A stretch of 64,000 nt of DNA, taken from NCBI RefSeq assembly GCF_028368995.1, contig NZ_JAQNDL010000003.1, positions 1,504,001 to 1,568,000 on the forward strand, read 5' to 3'. The notes below the pieces were generated by a model, which was given only the letters and a program-made list of their open reading frames with translations, did not search any database and was not told where the DNA came from. This DNA is from Nannocystis bainbridge. GTDB taxonomy: Bacteria > Myxococcota_A > Polyangia > Nannocystales > Nannocystaceae. The position numbers were made by a program, and so were the translations under genes. Shown one piece after another: positions 1 to 9,031 of the stretch (position 1 is the first letter of the stretch; every line of letters starts with the position of its first letter).

Positions 1-464
1 TCGCGATGGACCACCCCCGCCGCGTGCGCCGCCGTCAGCGCCTCGCACACCGACAGCGCGATGCGGGCCGCGCGGGCCGGCGCCAGCCCGCCGGCCGACG
101 CCGGGTCGTGAAGCAGATCCTGCAGCGTCGAGCCCTCGACGAACTCCATGATCAGGAACGGCACCCCGCGGTGCTCGCCCATGTCGTGCGTGCGGGCCAC
201 GTTCGGGTGGCTGATCCGGCGCGCCAGCCGGACCTCGCGGCGGAACCCCTCGAGCTGCTTCGGCGTCACCGAGTTGCCGAGCAGCTTGAGCGCGACCACG
301 TCGCCCACCAGCACATCGACCGCGCGGTACACCGCCCCCATCCCCCCGCGCCCGGCCAGCGCCTCGATCTGGTAGCGATTGGCGTAGAGCTCCCCGCGCG
401 GCGTCTCGTGCGGGACCTCGTCGCCCCGCAGGGTCGCATCGACCTCGTGAAGCGGCCTCGACAC
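1..464 (-). CDS. Ser/Thr protein kinase, N-terminal part (runs off left edge)
   Basis: Hand translation of the minus strand from GTG at 464: ...RYQIEALAGRGGMGAVYRA...VALKLL...FRREVRLARRISHPNV...FLIMEFVEG...GVVHR(D). Not in the ORF track because it is truncated. Confidence 0.9.
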   Translation of the reverse strand, partial: MSRPLHEVDATLRGDEVPHETPRGELYANRYQIEALAGRGGMGAVYRAVDVLVGDVVALKLLGNSVTPKQLEGFRREVRLARRISHPNVARTHDMGEHRGVPFLIMEFVEGSTLQDLLHDPASAGGLAPARAARIALSVCEALTAAHAAGVVHR

Positions 465-751
465 GGTCGCCAGCTTAGCAGGTGCCCCCCGGCCCGCGCC
501 CCGCCCCACCCCTCAATCGCGGCCGCAGCGCACCCGGAGCTTCCGCACCTCACCGCGCCCCCACGCGCGCGCCGTCCCCCCTGCGCCCGCGAACCCTCCC
601 CCCGGCGGCGCGGCAGGCTCATGCGGCGCCCGGGATCTACGACCCCTCGACGCAACCCCGGAAGCGAGCGCGCCCGACACGGAGCCGACCGCACGCCGCG
701 CCATGAAAGCAAACCACCGGTCCCGCTCCCCGACCCCACGCCCCGCGTCAC

Positions 752-769
752 GACATGACCCAAGAGACA
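752..769. repeat. TGTC-N6-GACA family site, variant (GACA TGAC CCAAGA GACA)
   Basis: One mismatch to consensus, preceded by GACA as in the arrays. Confidence 0.5.
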
Positions 770-995
770 GACGGTATCTCCTCACCGCGACGCATCGTCC
801 TGCCGCGAACATCCGATCGTCTCTGCGCCGAAGACAATCGTGCCACAGGCAGATCCGTCCGGCCGCGAGTCCGAGCTCGCGGCGCTGTCGTTGCTTTGGC
901 GTCTCCGATGGGACCTCCCGGTCGCGCAATGCTCTGGCCCGCTTCAATCTCTTGCTGCTGCAAGGATCGTTCATCCAAGCATTTCTACCGACCTG

Positions 996-1027
996 CCTGA
1001 ACGTACATGATGATGTGTTCAGGTCGC
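996..1027. promoter_or_regulatory. Palindromic operator-like site CTGAAC-N14-GTTCAG(GTCGC), copy 1
   Basis: CCTGAAC GTACATGATGATGT GTTCAGG TCGC just upstream of the double kinase; near-identical copy at 12448-12478. Confidence 0.55.
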
Positions 1028-1052
1028 AAGGACACCCGATGCTCGGGCGCGT

Positions 1053-3524
1053 ATGGCAACCTGGGCTGCGATGGACAGCTCCCCGACGCCGGCTCCGCGG
1101 ACCTATCCCGCGTGGCCCATCCATATCGAGGCCGGCTCCGACTACCTCGGCGAGGTGATCGACGGCCGCTACCGGATCCTCGAGCGCCTCGCCGTGGGCG
1201 GCATGGCCCACGTGTTCCTCGCCAAGGACTTGACCCGTCGCTGCCACGTGGCGCTCAAGCTCCTGCACCGGACCGGCCCGGAGTCGCGGCGGCGCTTCGA
1301 GGACGAGGCCGAGGTCCTCAGCAACATCCGCCACCCGCACATCGTCCGGACGCTCGCGTTCGGCCACACCCTCGACGCCCGGCCGTACATGGCGCTCGAG
1401 CACCTCGAGGGCGAATCACTGTCGCAGCGGCTCGCTCGCGGCCCTCTGCCGTGGCGCGAGGTCGCCGAGTTCGGCGCCCAGATCGCCGGAGCCCTGCACG
1501 CATTGCACCGCGCGGGCGTGGTGCATCGCGACGTCAAGCCCGACAACATCATGATCGCCCACGACGCCGGTCGGCCCGTCGCCAAGGTCATCGATCTCGG
1601 CCTCGCAAGCGTCGGCACTCCGTTCCACGAGGTCCAGGACGCCCGCTTCGCCTCACAGGTGCCCGAGCGCCACAAGACCGAGCTCGGTCGCGCGATCGGT
1701 ACCCCCGCATACCTCCCACCCGAAGCCGGTCTGCGCCCCGCCGAGCCGCGCCTCGACGTCTACTCGCTCGGCGCCACGCTCTATCTGCTGTGCACGGGGA
1801 TCTTGCCCGATCCGTCCGACCTCTCGCCGATCGCCGAGGTCTGTCCCGACAGCGACGCCCCTGACGACCTCTCGCGCTTGCTGCTCGCCGCGCTCGATCG
1901 CGAAGTCACCGAGCGCCTCCCTTCCGCCGATCACCTGCGGCGCGGGCTCGACGCGATCCTCGCCGCGCACCCCCAGACCTCGCGGCCGCTGTTCGGCGGT
2001 TGTTACGATCGCCTCGAGGTCATCGGCATCGGCGCCAGCGCCGTCGTCTACCGCGCCTCCGATCGTGCGCTGTCGCGGGAGGTCGCGCTCAAGGTCCTGC
2101 GCGCCGCCAGCCCGAGCGAGGACGATGCGCTCCGCTTTCGCCGCGCCGCCAAGATCCTGTCCGCGCTGCGCCACCCGAACATCCCGCAGATCCACCATTT
2201 CGGCGTCCATCCCGGCGATCCCGCCCGGGACGAAGGTCAGCGCTTCGCGGTGATGGAGCTGTGCCCCGGCTCGCCCGCGTCGCAATTCACCCGGCCTGAC
2301 CGGCACCTGCGACCCGACGAGGTGATCGCGGTGGGCCACCAGCTCGCGAGCGCCCTCGAAACCGTGCACGCGGCCGGCCTCGTCTACCGCGACCTCCACG
2401 TCGGCAACGTCCTGATCGCGCGCGGCGATCCGCCGCAAGCCTGGATCTTCGACTTCGATCAGGCGCAGGTGTCGCCCGAGTTCTACGCCCGCGTGACGGA
2501 GCGCTGGGCCACGCCCCCCGAAGATCGCATCGAACCAGCCCGCGAAAAGCCCTTGCAGCGCATGGACTACGCGCCGCCCGAGGTGCGCGCCGGGGCAGCC
2601 TTCACCACCGCGAGCGACGTGTTCGCGCTGGGCCTCCTGCTCTACCGCCTGCTCACCGGGCTGCGCCCGTTCCCACCCGCAGCCAGCGAGGCGACACCCG
2701 CCCGCAAGGTCTGCCGCGGCTGCCCCCCCGGCCTCGAGCATCTTCTGAAAAAGATGCTGCACGCGGACCCACGAGAGCGCCCGACGCTCGCGTGGGTGCA
2801 GACCAGCCTCGAGGACGAGCAGGCCGAGCTCGACGCCGAGCGCGAAGCGGAGCGCGAGGAGGCGGCCGCCAGCGCGTCCCCTCCCGCGACCGCGAGCCCG
2901 CCCGAGCCCGCAGCGGAGCCCGCTCCCCCGCGCGTCGCCGCGACGAACGCCCTCGGCCCAGCCCCGGCATCCGTCACCGCCCCACCGCGAAGGCTCGCCC
3001 GCCTCGCGCTCGTCCTGTTCGCAACGCTCGGCCTCGCCGCCGCCGGGTGGTGGTTCCGACCCGCCTCGCCCGCGCGCGAGCAGGTCCCCGCGACGCCAGT
3101 CACTCCCCCCGCCGTTCACGCCCATGACAATGTCCCCACGGACATGTCTCATAGAACACATGATTCCGCGCTCGACCCCCTACCCGTTCCACCGCCCATG
3201 CTCGCCCCGACCGCCGCGCCTATTGTCGAGACCCCGCACGAAACCGCCGCCACGACGCGCCCCACGCGTCCGCGCAAGCAGGACCCCGTGGCCGCCTGGG
3301 AGGCCCGCATGCGTAAAGTGGAGGCCCGCGCGCGCCGCTGCCTCGCCGCAGCCCGCACCGAGCCTCGCCGCGTCGTCGTGACCTGGACGCCCGGCGCGCC
3401 CGCCGAGTTCGGCGGCGTCTCGTCCGGCTCGGTCCACGCGCAATGTCTCCGCGACGCGCTCGCCGGCCTCGACCTCCACGACCTCCGCCGCCGCCACACC
3501 TTCTTCGAAGAGAAGCAGCCTTGA
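1053..3524 (+). CDS. Ser/Thr protein kinase with two tandem kinase domains, Pro/Ala linker and a TM helix
   Basis: Domain 1: GGMAHVF, VALK, HRDVKPDN, DLG, GTPAYLPPE. Domain 2: GIGASAVVY, VALK, YRDLHVGN, DFD, DYAPPE. TM LALVLFATLGLAAAGWWF. Start may be ATG 1071. Confidence 0.92.
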   Translation: MATWAAMDSSPTPAPRTYPAWPIHIEAGSDYLGEVIDGRYRILERLAVGGMAHVFLAKDLTRRCHVALKLLHRTGPESRRRFEDEAEVLSNIRHPHIVRTLAFGHTLDARPYMALEHLEGESLSQRLARGPLPWREVAEFGAQIAGALHALHRAGVVHRDVKPDNIMIAHDAGRPVAKVIDLGLASVGTPFHEVQDARFASQVPERHKTELGRAIGTPAYLPPEAGLRPAEPRLDVYSLGATLYLLCTGILPDPSDLSPIAEVCPDSDAPDDLSRLLLAALDREVTERLPSADHLRRGLDAILAAHPQTSRPLFGGCYDRLEVIGIGASAVVYRASDRALSREVALKVLRAASPSEDDALRFRRAAKILSALRHPNIPQIHHFGVHPGDPARDEGQRFAVMELCPGSPASQFTRPDRHLRPDEVIAVGHQLASALETVHAAGLVYRDLHVGNVLIARGDPPQAWIFDFDQAQVSPEFYARVTERWATPPEDRIEPAREKPLQRMDYAPPEVRAGAAFTTASDVFALGLLLYRLLTGLRPFPPAASEATPARKVCRGCPPGLEHLLKKMLHADPRERPTLAWVQTSLEDEQAELDAEREAEREEAAASASPPATASPPEPAAEPAPPRVAATNALGPAPASVTAPPRRLARLALVLFATLGLAAAGWWFRPASPAREQVPATPVTPPAVHAHDNVPTDMSHRTHDSALDPLPVPPPMLAPTAAPIVETPHETAATTRPTRPRKQDPVAAWEARMRKVEARARRCLAAARTEPRRVVVTWTPGAPAEFGGVSSGSVHAQCLRDALAGLDLHDLRRRHTFFEEKQP
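3131..3158. repeat. TGTC-N6-GACA tandem array (2 units) inside kinase C-terminal linker
   Basis: TGTC CCCACG GACA TGTC TCATAG AACA. Confidence 0.75.
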
Positions 3525-3537
3525 CCGAGAGACCGCC

Positions 3538-4353
3538 ATGCTGATGCGCATCACCCTCGCCCTCACGATGCTCGCACCTCCCGCGCAGAAGGACGCCGAC
3601 GCGGCCTACAACGCGGGTGATTATTCGCGGGCGCTCGAGCTGTACCTCGAGCGCGCCGAAGCTCCCGACGTGCACCGCCCCGAAGCCCTCCACGGCGCGC
3701 ACGACAGCCTGCTCGCCCTGCACGACGACACCACCGACGCCGCCTATCTCTGCCGCGCGCTCGCGCTGGCCCGCGAGCTGCTCCTCAGCGGTCCCTTCAC
3801 CGACGCAGACGAGCGCGCGGCATGGCTCGAGATCGAAGCCCGGGACATCGCAAAGGGCGAGCGCGCTGGCATCACCTGCGCGGCCGCCCCCCCGAAGGAC
3901 CCACTCGCATCGCCACCCGCAAAGGTCGATGCGCCCGCGGAGCCCGCCGAGAACACTCCACGCGCCGAAGGACCCGAGCCGCTGCCCGAAGGCGGCAAGG
4001 CGCCAGTTCGCCCGCGAGGCCGCGTCATCGCCGGTGCGAGCATCCTCGCGGCCGCGGCCGGACTGGCCGGAGGGATGGCCGCCAGCCTCGTCGGGCGACG
4101 ACAGGCCAATGCGACGATCCTCGCCATCGACGCCCAGGCCACCGCGGAGCAGCGCGACCTCTCCGCTCCCGAGTTCGCGGAGGCGAACGCCGCCGATCGC
4201 AAATATCAGGGCCTCACGATCACCGCCGGGCTCCTCGGAGCTGCCATGGTTGTAAGCGTCGTTACAGGTTTGGCACTGCTCATCGCGCCGCCGTCCCGTC
4301 GCCCTCACGCACGGCTGCGCGTGCAGCCAGGTACACTCCTCCTCTCGTTCTAG
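3538..4353 (+). CDS. Exported TPR-like protein with two C-terminal TM helices
   Basis: Signal-like N-terminus, TPR-like ADAAYNAGDYSRALELY, Pro-rich linker, two hydrophobic segments; starts 13 bp after the kinase. Confidence 0.8.
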   Translation: MLMRITLALTMLAPPAQKDADAAYNAGDYSRALELYLERAEAPDVHRPEALHGAHDSLLALHDDTTDAAYLCRALALARELLLSGPFTDADERAAWLEIEARDIAKGERAGITCAAAPPKDPLASPPAKVDAPAEPAENTPRAEGPEPLPEGGKAPVRPRGRVIAGASILAAAAGLAGGMAASLVGRRQANATILAIDAQATAEQRDLSAPEFAEANAADRKYQGLTITAGLLGAAMVVSVVTGLALLIAPPSRRPHARLRVQPGTLLLSF

Positions 4354-4372
4354 GCCCTTGCGAAGATTCGTC

Positions 4373-6046
4373 ATGCTGAATCGCCACGCCCTCGAGATCT
4401 CGAGCGCCTTGCTGGTGCTCGCCGCGTGCTCCCTCCACGCCCCGGCCTGGTACGGCCTCACCGACGAAGCCCCGCTCGGCCCGGACCCCACGAGCAGCTC
4501 GACGAGCGCCACTACCACTGACGCGCCACCCGACCCCGACCTCGGCGAGACCGCCTTAGGCAGCACCACCGAGGACGGGAGCGCGAGCGATGGCTCGAGC
4601 TCAGGAGAAGCCGGCGACGACGACGACGGCAAGGCGATCCCCATCGAGGTCAAGCTCTCCCTGTCTCCGTCACCGATGGTCGACGTCGGCGAGGTGCAGG
4701 TGACGGTCTGGACATCACGGCCGGTCGCGTCGATCGACATCTTCGACGGCGACGTGCCGCTGGTGCTCGGCGCTGCGCCGGTGAACCCCGTCCACGTGTT
4801 CGAGGTGACCTCGGACGATGTCCCCGGCGACGGCTCGCACACGCTCCGCGCCGTCGCCCACGCAGCCGACGGTGTCCGCGGCCAGGGCCAGGCGGAGCTG
4901 ACGATCGACGTCCAGCCCGGCGGCACCGACGTCTGGCCGCCCTACGTCAAGGCCGGACCGGTCAACGGCTTCACCAGCGCGGCGATGCTCGGCAACGGGA
5001 TCGCCACCGCGGGCTTCTTCGAGACGAACAAGGGCCTCGAGGCGGTCGCGGTGCGCATCGACGGCACGAAGGGCCAGCCCGAAGGCGATCCCGTATTGCT
5101 CGGCGCGGTCGCCGTGACGGGCGGCGGCCGCGGACCGGCGATCGCAGTCGGCGAGGACGACACCGCGTTCGTGGCCTGGACCATGCCGGAGAACGGTTCG
5201 ACGCGGTGGGCCATGTCCCGCGTGAAGTTCGGCGAGCCGAAAGAACCGACGACGATCGGGCCGCTCGGGACGAAGGTCCACGCGATCGCCGTCGCCGACG
5301 ACGAGACGCTGATCCTCGTCGGCGCCGACGAGGTCCATCCCGGCACGCACGACCTCAAAATCTGGTGGGTCTCTTCGACGGGCGGCGGCCAGGTCCTGGA
5401 TGAGCAAACATTCGCGGCGCCAAAGGAAGACGACTTCGCAAACGCGTGGGACGAGGTCGGCCGCGGCGTGGCGATCGTCGACAACGAGGTGATCGTGGTC
5501 GGTGAACGCCAGCTCATGGACCAGAACAATTTCCTCGCCCGGCGGACCGTCGTACTGCACTACGCCCTGGATGCTGAAGCTCTCACTGAATGGACCTCAC
5601 CGGGCGAACTCCTGGATGAAGACGCAGGAATGGCGATCTCGCCTCTGCGTGCGGGCGGGTTCGTCGTGACTGGATGGGGCCGCGAAAAAGGATCGGTCCG
5701 TCAGGTGCTGACGCGCTGGTTCTCGGCTGACGGCGAACCGAGTGCCCTGAGGATCGAGCCCACTCCTTCGAGCGATGCGCTTGGGTTCGCGGTGGGTGAA
5801 GACCGCGAAGGCAAAATCATCATCGCCGGAGCGCGCGAACAATCGCAGACCGATGCGAACGCCTGGATCTTCGCCGTCTCCGGATCGATCGGCCCGCATG
5901 CCTGGGGGGTGCTCCGCAACGGACCCGGCCAGGGTCCAGACGAGGCTGCAGGGTTGGCTATCGATGCGTGGGGCTACAGCTACATCGTCGGCAGCGAGTT
6001 CGACGGCTTGCAGCCACGAGCGTTCGCGCTGCGCCTCTACCCGTAG
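4373..6046 (+). CDS. Lipoprotein with Ser/Thr/Asp stalk, Ig-like domain and beta-propeller repeats
   Basis: Lipobox LAAC; Ig-like GDGSHTLRAVAHAADG; propeller-type repeats (DEVGRGVAIVDNEVIVVG, DEAAGLAIDAWGYSYIVG). Confidence 0.8.
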   Translation: MLNRHALEISSALLVLAACSLHAPAWYGLTDEAPLGPDPTSSSTSATTTDAPPDPDLGETALGSTTEDGSASDGSSSGEAGDDDDGKAIPIEVKLSLSPSPMVDVGEVQVTVWTSRPVASIDIFDGDVPLVLGAAPVNPVHVFEVTSDDVPGDGSHTLRAVAHAADGVRGQGQAELTIDVQPGGTDVWPPYVKAGPVNGFTSAAMLGNGIATAGFFETNKGLEAVAVRIDGTKGQPEGDPVLLGAVAVTGGGRGPAIAVGEDDTAFVAWTMPENGSTRWAMSRVKFGEPKEPTTIGPLGTKVHAIAVADDETLILVGADEVHPGTHDLKIWWVSSTGGGQVLDEQTFAAPKEDDFANAWDEVGRGVAIVDNEVIVVGERQLMDQNNFLARRTVVLHYALDAEALTEWTSPGELLDEDAGMAISPLRAGGFVVTGWGREKGSVRQVLTRWFSADGEPSALRIEPTPSSDALGFAVGEDREGKIIIAGAREQSQTDANAWIFAVSGSIGPHAWGVLRNGPGQGPDEAAGLAIDAWGYSYIVGSEFDGLQPRAFALRLYP

Positions 6047-6049
6047 CGA

Positions 6050-7144
6050 TCACTGCGGAACGAACACCTCGCACTGCGACTTGATCATCTTGGCGACCGC
6101 CTCGAAGTAGTCCGTGTAAGATCCCGCGCAGATCGAGCCGAACCGGGCGTTCGGCTGCATGAGCTCTGTCCAGGTGCGGAGCTTGTGTTCGACGCCGGGG
6201 GGATCGTAGCCGCAGAGGCCCGCAGGATCATCGACGTCGGTCGAGATCACCAGCAACACCACCGCATCCGCCTCGCCGCCCTTCGCGTCGATCAGCGCGT
6301 CCCTCCAGTCCTTTGCCGTACCATCGCTGAATTGATCCCCGGTATCCTGGATGGCGACGACGACGAGGAGCGCGTCCGGTCGCAGAAACCCCTCGTTGCA
6401 GCCGCCCGGCGCGTTGATGGCGTCGGCGACCGCCTTCACGGTCGCCTCCGCGACCTGGTCCGCACCATTCGTCCCGAGCGACGCGACGCAAGTGAACGCA
6501 TGCTCGAGATCCGATGACTGACCGGTGTCGATGTAGCGACGGCCGCTGGTGAGGTCGCAGCGCTGGTTCGTCGCGTTGTCGCCGCGTGGGAACGTGACGC
6601 CAGCGCCCTGGACGGAGTCGCATGGCTCCAGCGTCGCGGTACATGGATACTCGGGCGTCTGGGCGCAGACATCCCCGCAGCCCTCGCACCACGGCAAAAC
6701 CCACGAGCCGAAGGTGTTGGTAGACAGGATGTGATAGTCGAAGTCCGCGAACTCGTTCTCGAGCGTGGCGACGAACCCTGGAAAGCTCGCCTTCAGCTTG
6801 GCTTGCTGGCCCTCCATGGTCTTCGCCGAGCTGATCGTGAACAGGAGATCGACCTTGCCCTTGCACCCCGGCGGCGGACCATCCCCACCGTCCGGGACCA
6901 TGCCGACATCGCGGATCCCGCCCGAAGAGGTGGAGCTGGAGGACGTGCTCGAAGCCGTCGAAACGCCTGCGGTCGAGTCTTCGCCCGAAGCGCTGGAGGT
7001 CGTCGTCGAACCCGCAGTCTCGCCGCTGGTGCTCGCAGTGCTCTCCGGAGGCGCAGTGGTGATGCTCGTACTGAACACTGTCATGCCACTGCCGCCCCCG
7101 TTACAGGCGGCGAACATGAACGAAGCGAGCGCGAGACGACGCAC
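6050..7144 (-). CDS. Lipoprotein with Ser/Thr stalk and vWA-like domain
   Basis: Probable GTG start 7144, lipobox FAAC; KVDLLFTISSAKTM (degenerate MIDAS) and GFLRPDALLVVVAIQD, typical of myxobacterial vWA lipoproteins. Confidence 0.8.
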   Translation of the reverse strand: MRRLALASFMFAACNGGGSGMTVFSTSITTAPPESTASTSGETAGSTTTSSASGEDSTAGVSTASSTSSSSTSSGGIRDVGMVPDGGDGPPPGCKGKVDLLFTISSAKTMEGQQAKLKASFPGFVATLENEFADFDYHILSTNTFGSWVLPWCEGCGDVCAQTPEYPCTATLEPCDSVQGAGVTFPRGDNATNQRCDLTSGRRYIDTGQSSDLEHAFTCVASLGTNGADQVAEATVKAVADAINAPGGCNEGFLRPDALLVVVAIQDTGDQFSDGTAKDWRDALIDAKGGEADAVVLLVISTDVDDPAGLCGYDPPGVEHKLRTWTELMQPNARFGSICAGSYTDYFEAVAKMIKSQCEVFVPQ

Positions 7145-7200
7145 ACCCGAAGCGTAGCGCTGGCCGCCAAAAACTTCACGCTGGCAACGCCGCTCCGGCT

Positions 7201-7236
7201 GGAGTTCGCGCCAACTTGGTCGGAGTTCGCGCCAAC
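7201..7236. repeat. 15-bp direct repeat GGAGTTCGCGCCAAC x2 (21-bp period), possible regulator site
   Basis: Exact copies at 7201-7215 and 7222-7236, about 60 bp upstream of the vWA lipoprotein. Confidence 0.6.
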
Positions 7237-7455
7237 CACACGGGAAGGCAAGAAAAAAGAATCTATGCCGCGTCAGCGGCGACACGGAGATTATCATCGC
7301 GGGCAAGTCCTCAAGAACTCTACGCAACCCATCGCGCTAGGTTAGCCTGACAGCGCCTTCGGACTGCATGAGCGCTGAGCTGACATACATGGCCAGCGGC
7401 GCTCATCGAGTACCTGAATTTTTGATGAGCGATACCGTCCCCGGCTGGCATTTAG

Positions 7456-8904
7456 CTATCGCTCAGGCAGGTGCGACGGGTACCTCATGCTGGATGTCGC
7501 GGCTTCAGCGAGCCATTTCTTCCAACGACCGATGAACCACTCCTCACCTTCACCATCGATGGGCCGCGGCGGGCGTGGCGTTACATCCATTGAATGCATC
7601 GATTTTGACAGCGCCAGGTCTGCATCACGCAACTGGCTGTTATGGACAAGCGCAAAGGGCTGACTATGAACAGGCCCGTGGCCAAGCCTCCAATGCCCCG
7701 CCTCGAACCATCGATAAGAGCCGGATCTACTCGGATCTGCGTACCATAGATTCGCCGAACGCTCGCGATAACTTTTATTGCTCGATTGAGTCACCTTTAC
7801 GACCCACCCTGCAACCACATCCCAGGCTGAACTCTCGAACTTCCCAGCAGGGATGAGTTGGAACCGACTTTCGATCGACAACACCCCTTCCCCCAGCGCG
7901 ATACTTGCGTCATCCTCACGATGAGCCATTGGGCTCGCACCGATGATTTCGCTAAAGATGCGCTCCCGGAGTTCCTCGAGGATAGAGTCGCCGGCATGAG
8001 CCAATTCTACTCGTGCTTCTTCTGCAGCACGTTGGCGAGCGGCGTGCGCGTCGCTTGCTAAGGCTCGTTCCGCCACGATCGCCCCCGCAGCAATGATGGG
8101 GTCGTGCAGAAGGACCTTCGCTTGAGCACGCTCCAACTGCTCGATCAAGCTGGACAAGGATGGCCTCGCACCGGTCGGCTTCCGAAGACATGCGGCGAGC
8201 ATCTGACGGAGCGCAGGGCTAGCAGACACGCTCGGGGGCGTTTGCTGGAGATGGCAGCGCTGAAGATCATCTTGCCCCGCGAATGGAGGCAGACCCGTCA
8301 ACAACGCAATCCCGATGCATCCCAACGCATATATATCGGTTGCCTTGGTGGGAGCTTCGAGGCGCCATTGCTCCGGTGCTGCGTAATGCCCAGATAAAAA
8401 ATCCCGAAGGGTTCGGAGCGACGTGCTGTCTTCAACGAATTTTGCAATACCGAAATCTGCAACCACCCATTTGCCTTCATATCGAAGGACGTTATCGGGC
8501 TTCAAGTCTCGGTGTACGATGTCGTGGACCTCGCTCAATCCACGCGCGATATCCATGAGCACCGCAACTGCCTCGCTCTCTGGCAAAGCTCCCCCATTAA
8601 GGCGGCCTTGCAATGAGCCCTCCGCACGAGGCATCACGAGGAAATATCCGCCGCCGTCAGCGTCGGATCCCCAATCCAGTATCGGCATGACGTTTCGAAG
8701 GGTACGCGTCGCCAGAACGGCGGCCATCTCCATCTCCCGATGCCCAGCGGCCTCGTTGTTGATATGGAGTTTCTTCACCGCCACCGCACCACCAGCGGCA
8801 TCATGTCCTGCATAGACTGCCCCGAAGCCCCCCCGCCTCCCCAGCGGTGCGTTCGGATCAAACCGCCACTCCGACCGCTGTAACCGAATGACTTGCTCTT
8901 CCAC
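7456..8904 (-). CDS. Cytoplasmic Ser/Thr protein kinase with unknown C-terminal domain; atypical (AT-richer) composition
   Basis: GRRGGFGAVY, VAVKK, HRDLKPDN, DFGIAK, YAAPEQW, DIYALG; no TM segment; many A/T-ending codons compared with neighbours. Confidence 0.92.
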   Translation of the reverse strand: MEEQVIRLQRSEWRFDPNAPLGRRGGFGAVYAGHDAAGGAVAVKKLHINNEAAGHREMEMAAVLATRTLRNVMPILDWGSDADGGGYFLVMPRAEGSLQGRLNGGALPESEAVAVLMDIARGLSEVHDIVHRDLKPDNVLRYEGKWVVADFGIAKFVEDSTSLRTLRDFLSGHYAAPEQWRLEAPTKATDIYALGCIGIALLTGLPPFAGQDDLQRCHLQQTPPSVSASPALRQMLAACLRKPTGARPSLSSLIEQLERAQAKVLLHDPIIAAGAIVAERALASDAHAARQRAAEEARVELAHAGDSILEELRERIFSEIIGASPMAHREDDASIALGEGVLSIESRFQLIPAGKFESSAWDVVAGWVVKVTQSSNKSYRERSANLWYADPSRSGSYRWFEAGHWRLGHGPVHSQPFALVHNSQLRDADLALSKSMHSMDVTPRPPRPIDGEGEEWFIGRWKKWLAEAATSSMRYPSHLPER

Positions 8905-9031
8905 AGTGACCTCGCCTTGCCGTAACGCCGTTCAACTCTGCAGTTCCCACGAGGGGAGCCAGAGGCTGCCGTTGATCATGCCCAATCCGGGTTTGAAAAG
9001 CAATACCGCCAGCAGCATGTTTACCCACCTC

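Noticed and set aside
6-758. Many long overlapping ORFs (e.g. 6..758, 1653..3161, 34995..37301, 39974..41689, 60460..62925)
   Set aside because: Antisense or off-frame shadows of real genes in high-GC DNA; Arg/Pro/Ala-rich with no family motifs.
748-978. 76-aa minus-strand ORF MDERSLQQQEIEAG...
   Set aside because: Weak codon bias and no recognisable motif; could be a small gene but I cannot support it.
7341-9030. Integron cassette (attC) around the AT-richer kinase
   Set aside because: There is a GTTAGCC at 7341 and an imperfect hairpin near 7368-7406, but no matching inverse core or convincing attC structure, and no integrase.
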